From Aureliella sp. (lineage in GTDB: Bacteria > Planctomycetota > Planctomycetia > Pirellulales > Pirellulaceae): a stretch of DNA of 64,000 nucleotides. Position 1 is the stretch's first letter, and every line of letters starts with the position of its first letter. A program made the translations under genes and the position numbers. Shown here one piece after another: positions 19,490 to 28,094 of the stretch. Below the pieces are notes generated by a model. It made no database searches and was not told where the DNA came from. It was given only the letters and a program-made list of their open reading frames with translations. The stretch lies in NCBI GenBank assembly GCA_963691875.1, contig OY829846.1:864001-928000 (forward strand), written 5' to 3'.

Positions 19490-20791
19490 ATGTCCACGCG
19501 TATTTGCCGCATATCTTCTCTTGCCCATTGCTTGTTATCGCTGTGTCTCGTGCCAACTTGTATTGTGAAAGGTCAGGGTTCGAAGGTTGTCGCAACGAGC
19601 GAGGCAACGAAAACGCGCAGCGAATTACCGCTTCGCTGGTGGAAGGGAAACCTGCATACCCATTCATTGTGGAGCGATGGGGATGATTTCCCAGAGATGA
19701 TCGCGGATTGGTACGCCAGCCGAGGTTACAACTTTTTGGCGCTCAGCGATCATAACATTCTCAGCCAGGGACAGCGGTGGATGAAGTTGGATGCGATTGT
19801 GAAACGGGCAGAACCGGACGTCCTAGAAAAGTACCAAACTCGTTTTGGTTCCGACTGGGTCGAAACTCGTGGAGAATCTGGCAAGAAAGATTTTGAAGTA
19901 AGGCTTAAACCGCTCGATGAGTTCGGGCCCTTGCTCAATCGCGCCGGGAAATTCCTGATGATTCCTGGCGAAGAAATCAGCGATCGTGCGGAAGGGAAGC
20001 CTGTCCATATGAACGCGACGAACTTGCAGGAGCTGATTCGACCACTTGGCGGAGATACAGTTCGCAAAACAATGGAAAACAATCTGCGATCCGTGTTGGA
20101 GCAAGAGAAAGCACTTGGGAAAGAGATTCTCGCTCATCTAAACCACCCGAACTTTGGTTATGCGGTTACAGCTGAAGACCTGGGATATGTCGTCCAGGAA
20201 CGTTTTTTCGAAGTCTACAACGGCCACCCTGCGGTCAATCAGCTTGGTGACAAGGAACATATGTCAATCGAGAAGATCTGGGACACTGCCAATGCGATTC
20301 GTGTCTGCCTATTGAACGCAGAGCCATTGTTTGGAATTGCCACGGATGACTCACACGAATATCACGGTCGCCCTGGCTCGACTCCAGGAAGAGGCTGGAT
20401 AATGGTCCAATCAAGATTCCTGACTCCAGAGCATCTGATCAAATCGATGAAGAGCGGAGACTTCTATGCATCAAGCGGTGTGTCTCTTGACAAAATTCAG
20501 TGGGATATCGACCAGCGGCGTCTATCCCTGCAAATTGTCAATCAAGATGGTATTGACTTTGTAACGGAGTTTATTGGAATCCGTGAAGCCCAATCAGGCG
20601 AGTTGCCGGCACCCGAGGATATCGGAGTAGTCTTGGGTACATCAGATTCCTTGACGCCGAGTTTTCAATGCCCAGACGGAATTCGGCTACTCCGTGCCCG
20701 AATCCGCAGCACCGAGGCTCATCCCAATCCTTCTCTGAAGAATCAAGTCTGCGAAGCCTGGACGCAACCGGTGGTGCTACCGATGAAGTAG
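19490..20791 (+). CDS. Secreted PHP-domain metallohydrolase (CehA/McbA-like)
   Basis: KGNLHTHSLWSDG, LSDHN, NHP, EVYN and TDDSH. Confidence 0.8.
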   Translation: MSTRICRISSLAHCLLSLCLVPTCIVKGQGSKVVATSEATKTRSELPLRWWKGNLHTHSLWSDGDDFPEMIADWYASRGYNFLALSDHNILSQGQRWMKLDAIVKRAEPDVLEKYQTRFGSDWVETRGESGKKDFEVRLKPLDEFGPLLNRAGKFLMIPGEEISDRAEGKPVHMNATNLQELIRPLGGDTVRKTMENNLRSVLEQEKALGKEILAHLNHPNFGYAVTAEDLGYVVQERFFEVYNGHPAVNQLGDKEHMSIEKIWDTANAIRVCLLNAEPLFGIATDDSHEYHGRPGSTPGRGWIMVQSRFLTPEHLIKSMKSGDFYASSGVSLDKIQWDIDQRRLSLQIVNQDGIDFVTEFIGIREAQSGELPAPEDIGVVLGTSDSLTPSFQCPDGIRLLRARIRSTEAHPNPSLKNQVCEAWTQPVVLPMK

Positions 20792-20859
20792 TTCTTCAAC
20801 TTCCCTTTCCGCGAACTTCCGAGTTCCGCTGATTGACTACTTGCCACTGCTCAAGTAAG

Positions 20860-21538
20860 CGAATGAGCAAGAATTCCAAAGCCAAGTTATTGTGTTTGCA
20901 GAACCATTAGTGCCCGAGTACTTCAACCACAACTAATTCGGCATCATGCCCCAAGGATGGGTAAGCTCTTAGAACAGTCCTCATAGAGGGCGCCGCAAAG
21001 TCCTCGCCACCGACAATCTACAGAATTGTGAACGTACGCGCAGCACCTAAGAGACCTATGGGTCTCGCCCCGGAACAAGCGACTACAGCTGCCACCATCT
21101 AATTTTGCGTTCGCAAGTAGTCGCGCAAATACGCAGCCAATGAACATGTAGATCAAGTAAATGCGTCGAAGATCAATCTCAAATTCAGAGGTAATTCGGG
21201 CGAGCAATGCACGTCGCGACTGCATCCTATATCCTCAGCGCCAAACTCGAGTGCCGACCACATTGCATTGTTTCCAGCAGGACAGACCGACAGAAAGTCA
21301 TGATCAAGTGAGTCCGCCTGCCGTGAAAGGCCAACAAGCCAGGAACCGGTACCGATGGTTCATGTGGCTTGCCCCGGGGATACGAACGCTGCGTTTCGCC
21401 CAAGACAATCGAATGTGTCGAAACCTTGACTGCTAGTGGCAACGTCGGGAGCCATGCCAATGCAATGATGGCGAAAATCTTCCCAAGCCCAAAAATCAAT
21501 ATGTAGCGTTGGAATTTCAAACGTTGATGGTTCAACAT
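20860..21538 (-). pseudogene. Decayed secreted alpha/beta-hydrolase (PHB-depolymerase/LpqC-like esterase)
   Basis: Across frames: signal-like start, GETQRSY...PGLLAFHG, then IDLRRIYLIYMFIGCVFARLLA (degenerate nucleophile elbow), then ELVVVEVLGH*W...LEFL. TAG at 21227, TAA at 20907-20909, plus frameshifts. Ends approximate. Confidence 0.7.
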
Positions 21539-21647
21539 GACAAGGTGAAGTTTGTTATAAGATCTCGCAGAATCACAATCGCGATGCGGAAAGTCAGATT
21601 TGAAACAGCCCGCGAAGCAACGTCCATGCCACGACGAATCAATCTCG

Positions 21648-22043
21648 CTACCGTTCACCTACGAGTACAGCGAACTTCCCTTCGATCTTCGAGGTCGTCT
21701 TGACGATCTCTTTCACCAAGCGTTTCTCGGAGGCGTTCCCACAGCCGTAGCGTTCAAGCAGCATCCCAAGCCAGTCACCTTCCTGCTGGTCAATTTCCCC
21801 CGGCGTTTCCATGTCTTGGACAAGCAATTTCGTAATGGATGCGACGAAGAAATCTCCCCATTCGAGACAATCATCATCATTCTCAGCTAGTGCTTGATTC
21901 GCACAGAAGAGTGTTACCACTTCGTCTTTATCAACAACCCAATCTGCGTCGACCAGTTCCTTGAGTTTCGCCACCTGCTCCATAGAGACCTTTCCATGGG
22001 CAAGAATCTCATTCAAGATTTGGTTAGCCGTTTGTTCACTCAT
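21648..22043 (-). CDS. Small acidic helical hypothetical protein (TerB-like)
   Basis: 131-aa ORF with two D..(V/I)D..E helical repeats (DWVVDKDE, PGEIDQQEGDWL). Confidence 0.65.
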   Translation of the reverse strand: MSEQTANQILNEILAHGKVSMEQVAKLKELVDADWVVDKDEVVTLFCANQALAENDDDCLEWGDFFVASITKLLVQDMETPGEIDQQEGDWLGMLLERYGCGNASEKRLVKEIVKTTSKIEGKFAVLVGER

Positions 22044-22258
22044 TTATCACTTAATCCTCGATAAGGGTTCTAATAGATGCTGCAAGCCGCAGCCCGCAAC
22101 GTCGACAACATGAAACTTTCATGAAAGTGACCTCCTGAACGCCAACCAAGATGCAACTCACTATAAGATGTCACCGCAACTACGAAGCAACCTTCGACAG
22201 AGCAGCGAGGTTGAGGGGCGGAAAGGTATCGCTCAAACGGCCAACCATGTTATTTAGC

Positions 22259-25192
22259 CTAGGAAGCAGGCTTCTCGGCCTCGTCAGCAATAGCCAATAC
22301 TTCGTTCAAGGCAGCGCGAAAGTTTGCAACAAATCTGGCGCCACCACCAACAAAGACGTGAGTCACCAAACCTTTCTTGTTGATAATCACCGTCTGCGGA
22401 ATCGCGTTTGCTTTGTAGGCTGCAGCGACTTCACCATCACGGTCCATCAACACGGTTGCATTCTTCAGATCAAGTCGCTTGATTGCAGCGGAGATTCGGT
22501 TCTCATTTTCCTGCAGGTTCACCGCTACTAGGTTCACTTTATCCACACCGGTTTCAGTGACGACCTCTTCCACAAGAGGCATTGTTTGCATGCAAGGTCC
22601 ACACCAGCTCGCCCAAAAGTCAAGTACAACGACCCGATCCCGATTCTCGTCTAGAACAAATCTATCGCCGCCAACTTTCTCCAAACCAAAGGCAGGCGCA
22701 GCATTTCCGACCAAGGCAGAGTCTTTCCCGCTGTTGGGATCGCCAACGCCGCCTTCGCCGTCATCAAGATACACCTTGGGATACTGTGCTAAAGCGAGTA
22801 TCCAAGGATCATCGTTGTATTCGCGAACACTTTCGCCAATGTTCCGCCCAAAGATAAGCTGATTCAAGTCACCAATCTCAACCGAACAGGCTCCCAGAAG
22901 CGAGCTTCTCCCGAACAGCTGATTTCCCGCGACTTTTTCTGGCTCAAAAGTAATACCACGGTCAAGAGATCCAATTGCATGCACACGAAACGGTGGTAGC
23001 TCAGCTTCGTTTCTCGCGACATCTTCTTCCTCACCCTCATCCCATTTCCGATCGTGCAACCATACGATCTGAGAAATCTGCTCTGCTGCGATCTCCTGCA
23101 CCTCTAAACGGATCTCAACTGTCAGAACCCCATTCTGAAGTGAGACGAGGCGTCCCCGAAGATAGTCGCCATAGATGGATTGGAAGAGGTGCGTGGGCGG
23201 ATCGTCTTTCAATCTTCGCGGAATCGTCTTCAATCTCTCAAGCAGCTTCTCCGTGAATTTCGGCCCCGACTTTTGCCGATTCAACCAAACGCTCTGCACT
23301 TGATCGTGAGCGGCAAATGTGGTTTCTGTCTGCGCCGAAGCAAATTTAAGCCCATTCTCATCTATGCTTTCAACCACACCAGTGATGGAATCACCCGTTC
23401 TAAAACTAATCTCAAGCCCCTCTTTTGTGCCGTCGGTTGAGGGCTTGCCTTCTCCGACGACTTCCCCTTTTCGTCCGTCTTTGCCGGGAACCATCATCGC
23501 ATTGATGACATTCACTATTCCCGCTCGCTGCGGCTGAGCATTCTGAGCAACCACAGGCGCTTTTCTCTGAGGTAGTTTCGCCCGATAGATAACTGCACCG
23601 CTAGTGTCCGCCAATAACTCGCTAGCATTGCGGCTGCCAAGAGGCTGCCAAAAGATAGCCGTTTCCGATTCAGCTGGTGAGTCTGACAACATGAAGCCTG
23701 AGAGCTGAGTTGCACCGATCTTCATCGTTCCAAGTTGTTTTTCTGCATGTGAAGGAATGAATCGCTTCGTCCTACCGATCAATCCGCGAAGGTCTTTTGG
23801 CTGGCAACTAAACTGATCAGTTCCGTCGGCCTTCGAAAAACCATCAATGCTAAATACTAACGCATCCTTCGATGGTGACATCGTCGCCACAAAACGGCTT
23901 CGATCCAACAGAACGATCTCTAGCTCCTTTTGCTCAATGCCTTTTTCATCCTTTTCGGTCGCGTCGCCTTCTTGATTCAGCTCCTTGAGACCTGGTATCT
24001 CTTCGGAGGCTTTGTCCTCACTCCCTTCACCTTCAGATCCCTCGGCGTCCGATGGTGCACCTTCTTGCTCAGGAACAGCGAAATCTCCTCTCCGCAACTT
24101 TAAAAGCGGCAACTCAACCTCAGAGCCTTCCGTCGCGATGAAAAAAACCCCCTTTTTCGCATCGTATCCCTGAATCGTACCGTTGATAACATTCTTGTCG
24201 CTGTCCAAAACCGTTCCGCGAACGGAACCAACCGCGATGCGACGATTCCCGTCCCACTCCCGCACCTCGAAACTTTCGACAGTCAATGAGGGGCCGAAGT
24301 TGGAAAGATGAACCGAGTTGCGAATCGTTTTGCGACTCGATGCAATTGAGACAGAATCCAATGGCCGTCCGTGCGCATCGCAGACAATGACGTCTCCCGA
24401 CTCCTGATCTACAAGCACCGTCAATCGCATGCGATTGTCAGTAGTATCAATGTCAGCCACGAGTGTGACATCAGCGACTTCTTGCCCTTCAAAAGTCGTA
24501 TTGCGAATGAGCACAAGCTGTTGATCCCAGACTTCCAGCCTTGCTGCTGCAGGGACATCCTCCGGAGATGAGACCTTGTTGGTTGCTGTAGTACCCAAGG
24601 ACAGCACAAAGTCAGGGGCGCCCTCCCAGGCAATAGAAAGGTCCACGCGAGCTTTCGCTGGCATGCCAACTTTGCCAACAATGGTCGATTCGGGAGACTT
24701 CGAGACCAATGCACCCGCGATAAACTCCCACTGCTCAGGCTTCTGGACACCCCAGTCCTCCGGAGCGATTGGTCCTTGGTAAACAATTTTTCCAGCAAAA
24801 GACCTGTCTCTCATCCTCGCTATTTGCTGACGATCGATCAGCATTCGACCGAGGATTTCATTTTCGATCTCCACATGAGTCTCGTTGATTCCTACCAAAC
24901 GCCCAGAAACACTAGCTCTGTTCTTCGTTTCGAATTCAAACAATCCCCGCTTTCCATCTTCAATCGGAGGGTTCTCCACCAGGCTAACTGATCTCAACGT
25001 AGCCAAGTCAAAATGGAAAGGCTCTCGAAACTCCTTAGACTTCCAACCTATGCTCGCCGGAATTTCGGATGGAACAATTTGACCGTTAGCAAAACTGCCA
25101 TCGTGCAGACGCAAACGCATCGGGTCTTCTGCTACCAGCTCTGAGCAAGACACTGCAAAGAGTAAAACGAAAACGGTATTGCGAATGGTCAT
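22259..25192 (-). CDS. Large exported protein with a C-terminal TlpA/ResA-type thioredoxin domain
   Basis: Signal peptide; APAFGLE...LDFWASWCGPC...AIPQTVII; about 830-aa N-terminal region with repeated beta modules. Confidence 0.85.
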   Translation of the reverse strand: MTIRNTVFVLLFAVSCSELVAEDPMRLRLHDGSFANGQIVPSEIPASIGWKSKEFREPFHFDLATLRSVSLVENPPIEDGKRGLFEFETKNRASVSGRLVGINETHVEIENEILGRMLIDRQQIARMRDRSFAGKIVYQGPIAPEDWGVQKPEQWEFIAGALVSKSPESTIVGKVGMPAKARVDLSIAWEGAPDFVLSLGTTATNKVSSPEDVPAAARLEVWDQQLVLIRNTTFEGQEVADVTLVADIDTTDNRMRLTVLVDQESGDVIVCDAHGRPLDSVSIASSRKTIRNSVHLSNFGPSLTVESFEVREWDGNRRIAVGSVRGTVLDSDKNVINGTIQGYDAKKGVFFIATEGSEVELPLLKLRRGDFAVPEQEGAPSDAEGSEGEGSEDKASEEIPGLKELNQEGDATEKDEKGIEQKELEIVLLDRSRFVATMSPSKDALVFSIDGFSKADGTDQFSCQPKDLRGLIGRTKRFIPSHAEKQLGTMKIGATQLSGFMLSDSPAESETAIFWQPLGSRNASELLADTSGAVIYRAKLPQRKAPVVAQNAQPQRAGIVNVINAMMVPGKDGRKGEVVGEGKPSTDGTKEGLEISFRTGDSITGVVESIDENGLKFASAQTETTFAAHDQVQSVWLNRQKSGPKFTEKLLERLKTIPRRLKDDPPTHLFQSIYGDYLRGRLVSLQNGVLTVEIRLEVQEIAAEQISQIVWLHDRKWDEGEEEDVARNEAELPPFRVHAIGSLDRGITFEPEKVAGNQLFGRSSLLGACSVEIGDLNQLIFGRNIGESVREYNDDPWILALAQYPKVYLDDGEGGVGDPNSGKDSALVGNAAPAFGLEKVGGDRFVLDENRDRVVVLDFWASWCGPCMQTMPLVEEVVTETGVDKVNLVAVNLQENENRISAAIKRLDLKNATVLMDRDGEVAAAYKANAIPQTVIINKKGLVTHVFVGGGARFVANFRAALNEVLAIADEAEKPAS

Positions 25193-25289
25193 ACTAATCT
25201 CCGCAAGGACGAGCCTAGATTTTCGACTCGAGTTTCAGAAATAAAAGGATCGAATAAGGATTGATGATCAAAGCCAAGCATAGATGTGG

Positions 25290-26351
25290 CTATCTTTCAT
25301 ACACGGGCAAAAAACGATAATTCAACGCCAGCGCCAACAGGTTGAGTGAGGTCGAGACGGAGCCGCCATACTGACCAGAGAAGCTCCCGTCATCTTTCTG
25401 CGACGCCTTCAGCTTCCGTACTAAACCTCGATTCCATTTTTCCCAAGCACTAATATCGGCTTGAAACAGAGCTTGAGCTTCGTAGTAACGCGCGTACTCA
25501 GCATAATGTGAAGTCTCATTCATGTTGCTGATGACATACTTCTTCGCAGACTCAAATTGCTTCAAGTCCTTTCTCTTGGAAATCGCATACACCAAGCAGG
25601 CAATCGAACTGCGAGCAATGGAATTGCCAAACCCACCTAAGCCGCCGGAGTAGCCGACGGTTCCACTGTCACCGGTCATCGAAGAGAAATACTTGATCGC
25701 TGAATCGATCGATTTGTCTGGCACTTCAATTCCGGCATTCCTGGCCGCCAACAGGCCCATCAGGACAGCACCGCTCACGGAAGTGTCCGCATCACGGGCG
25801 TTGGGAGAGTAACGCCAAGCATTGTGAGGATTCTTCGATTGTGAAGTGATGGCACAGCGCACCGCCAGTTCCAGCGCTTCCCCAACGGATCTTTCTGAGC
25901 CCGCCTTGGGTGCGCCACTCTCCCACAGCGTAGACTCATCAACTGCCCCATAGGCCTCAGCGAGTCCCAGCATCGCAAAGCCATGGTGGTACATGCTATT
26001 GCCCATAAAACCCGTCGTTCCATTCTGGGAACGAATGATCGACCGCACTGCTCGACGAATGTTCTGACTGTACTTTCCAAAATTGGGGTCTTCACCAGAA
26101 GCGAGGAAAGCCATGAGACCGAGACCAGTCGTTCCAGGTCCCGACTGACCGTCGACCCAATTCCCTTCTTTGGCTTGTGACTTCACCAAGTACTGAAGTC
26201 CACGCTCTGTCATCTCGCGAACGTCACGCGGGACCACGTCACCCTGTGCAGCGAATGTTGGTTGCGCAATTACTTGTCCGGGTTGCATTCCCACAAGCCC
26301 GAAAGCACAGCATAAGATCGCCCATCGCCATTGCAAAAATTTGCTTACCAC
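25290..26351 (-). CDS. Exported prenyltransferase/squalene-cyclase-repeat (alpha/alpha barrel) protein
   Basis: Signal peptide; QW-like repeats (LVKSQAKEGNW, LKASQKDDGSF); MYHHGFAMLGLAEAYG; WRY..DADTSV. Confidence 0.85.
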   Translation of the reverse strand: MVSKFLQWRWAILCCAFGLVGMQPGQVIAQPTFAAQGDVVPRDVREMTERGLQYLVKSQAKEGNWVDGQSGPGTTGLGLMAFLASGEDPNFGKYSQNIRRAVRSIIRSQNGTTGFMGNSMYHHGFAMLGLAEAYGAVDESTLWESGAPKAGSERSVGEALELAVRCAITSQSKNPHNAWRYSPNARDADTSVSGAVLMGLLAARNAGIEVPDKSIDSAIKYFSSMTGDSGTVGYSGGLGGFGNSIARSSIACLVYAISKRKDLKQFESAKKYVISNMNETSHYAEYARYYEAQALFQADISAWEKWNRGLVRKLKASQKDDGSFSGQYGGSVSTSLNLLALALNYRFLPVYER

Positions 26352-27109
26352 CCTAGCGCTCCGCGGTTCTTGTTCTTTGTAAATTTCCTGAATGCCGCCA
26401 GCTGACTTTCGTCCAAGATTTCAGCGAGCTTAGTCTGATCAAGCGCGATGAGTCGGTTGGTTGCATGCTGCAGGGCCATCTGCCAGCGCTGCACTCCAAC
26501 CAAGTGCTTGTTCTCGTTGAAAGGCTTCGACTCCAATAGCTCAATCACTTTGGCACGCTGATCTGAAAGGAGCGGAATTGACTTCTCGAGTTCTACGAGT
26601 GCGGCTCGTGTCACCGCATCATCCAGCATCTTGCGACGTTCCTCGAGGTATTTGTCGTAGCGCTCCAGCTGCTCCTCAGTAAGGGCACCATCCAGCACTT
26701 TCACAAACAAGGACTTGTCGTCCAGAATGCCGGCCCCCATGATCTTCGTGTAAAGAGGGCTCACTAACTGCCAAGCCTCATTCATCTCTTTTTGATTCTG
26801 CATGTCGAGCCCCTTCGTCTTGGCTCGAACACGTTCCATCGCGCGATAAAAACGACTCAAATCACCCTTCAGCGCCAACTCAATCTTCATCGATTGACGT
26901 TCACTCAGTTCGAGTAGGCTCTTGATACGATCCAGCCGAAGATTCAAACGGCTTGAAAGGCTTCGCTTGAAACCTGCTTCGTCTTGGCCTTGAAAAAGAT
27001 ACATCGCGACGATGTCTTGATCCTGTCCAAAAACCTGAGCTGATGCAATGGTTGCTGGAAAAACGAGACAAGCAAAGGAAAGAATGATGAGATGGAATCG
27101 GGCAATCAT
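26345..27109 (-). CDS. Exported helical hypothetical protein with LTxxQ-like repeats
   Basis: Signal peptide; LSERQ, LTEEQ, LSDQ and LDESQ; overlaps both neighbours. Confidence 0.75.
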   Translation of the reverse strand: MIARFHLIILSFACLVFPATIASAQVFGQDQDIVAMYLFQGQDEAGFKRSLSSRLNLRLDRIKSLLELSERQSMKIELALKGDLSRFYRAMERVRAKTKGLDMQNQKEMNEAWQLVSPLYTKIMGAGILDDKSLFVKVLDGALTEEQLERYDKYLEERRKMLDDAVTRAALVELEKSIPLLSDQRAKVIELLESKPFNENKHLVGVQRWQMALQHATNRLIALDQTKLAEILDESQLAAFRKFTKNKNRGALGW

Positions 27110-28005
27110 TGATCCACAATCACGAATTCTATTTGGTTATTCACCATTTGCCATTCCATCTGGGCTGCATCGTAATTCCAAGTCTGCATTCCTTTGAGTA
27201 CCGTCCGCTGGGCTTCAGTAAGATGCTCTGTGAGGAGCTTACTCGGGAACTGTGGAATGTAATTATTGTTTTGCAGATAGAACTGCCAGTAGAGCTCCTT
27301 CTTACTCTTGTAGAGCCAGTCGAAAATCGCAGTCTGCAATTTCTCGCGTTGCTCCGCCGAGAGAAACAGGTGGCGATCGAGCACGGAAGTCAGAATCCCC
27401 GCATGCGCCTCATATTGGAACCTGCGGGCCGCATCCAACTCCTTGTCATAAGCCTTCAACTGCTCTTCGTTTAATTCCTCACGTATTGCAGACTCAATCA
27501 CCTTCTTCATTTTTGGCAATACCTTGGAAGGATCACCTGCTGGCTCTACGGGTCCCTTGAGTACTTGAACAATCCCCCGGATGAAGCCGCCTTTAGGAGG
27601 ATTGAGCTTCTTCTTCATCTCCGTGGTAACCCAAGTCTGATCTAGGGCCGCGATCGATTTGACCTGCTTTGCATCTAAGTCACATACGCGGCGGGCGATC
27701 GCTTTTCGGGCCTCACAGAACCGCACAGCAATAAAGCCCATTGGATCATTCTCTTGCAACTGGGCAAAATCTTGAACAGCTCCCCCACCAACCTGCACCT
27801 TTTCGTCAACGTTGTCGCCGCCGTCAGTCAGAGACGCTCCAATTGCAACGTCCTCAAATCCTTCCAATTCGTCTTGCGATTCCTCCTCCGAGGCATCTCC
27901 CTGTACCTTCGCGACAGGCGCCTCCGTCTCCTCCTGTGCAAACGTAGAGGCTTGCAAGAGACCAGTGAAAACCAGCAAGACAACGAGTTCACGAAATTGG
28001 ATCAT
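27106..28005 (-). CDS. Exported helical hypothetical protein with LTxxQ-like repeats; apparent paralogue of the 26345 ORF
   Basis: Signal peptide from ATG 28005; LDAKQ, LNEEQ, LSAEQ and LTEAQ; ATGA overlap with the next gene. Confidence 0.75.
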   Translation of the reverse strand: MIQFRELVVLLVFTGLLQASTFAQEETEAPVAKVQGDASEEESQDELEGFEDVAIGASLTDGGDNVDEKVQVGGGAVQDFAQLQENDPMGFIAVRFCEARKAIARRVCDLDAKQVKSIAALDQTWVTTEMKKKLNPPKGGFIRGIVQVLKGPVEPAGDPSKVLPKMKKVIESAIREELNEEQLKAYDKELDAARRFQYEAHAGILTSVLDRHLFLSAEQREKLQTAIFDWLYKSKKELYWQFYLQNNNYIPQFPSKLLTEHLTEAQRTVLKGMQTWNYDAAQMEWQMVNNQIEFVIVDQ

Positions 28006-28094
28006 TTTCTCTGCCGAAATCGCATGCCGAGGAATAATTTCTAGCAAGAACGGAGCAGGTAAGGATTTCCGTACCTGCTCCCACGCACTTAAAA

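Noticed and set aside
25290..26351. shc call or a terpene biosynthetic cluster
   Set aside because: Too short, has a signal peptide, lacks DxDD, and no isoprenoid genes are nearby.
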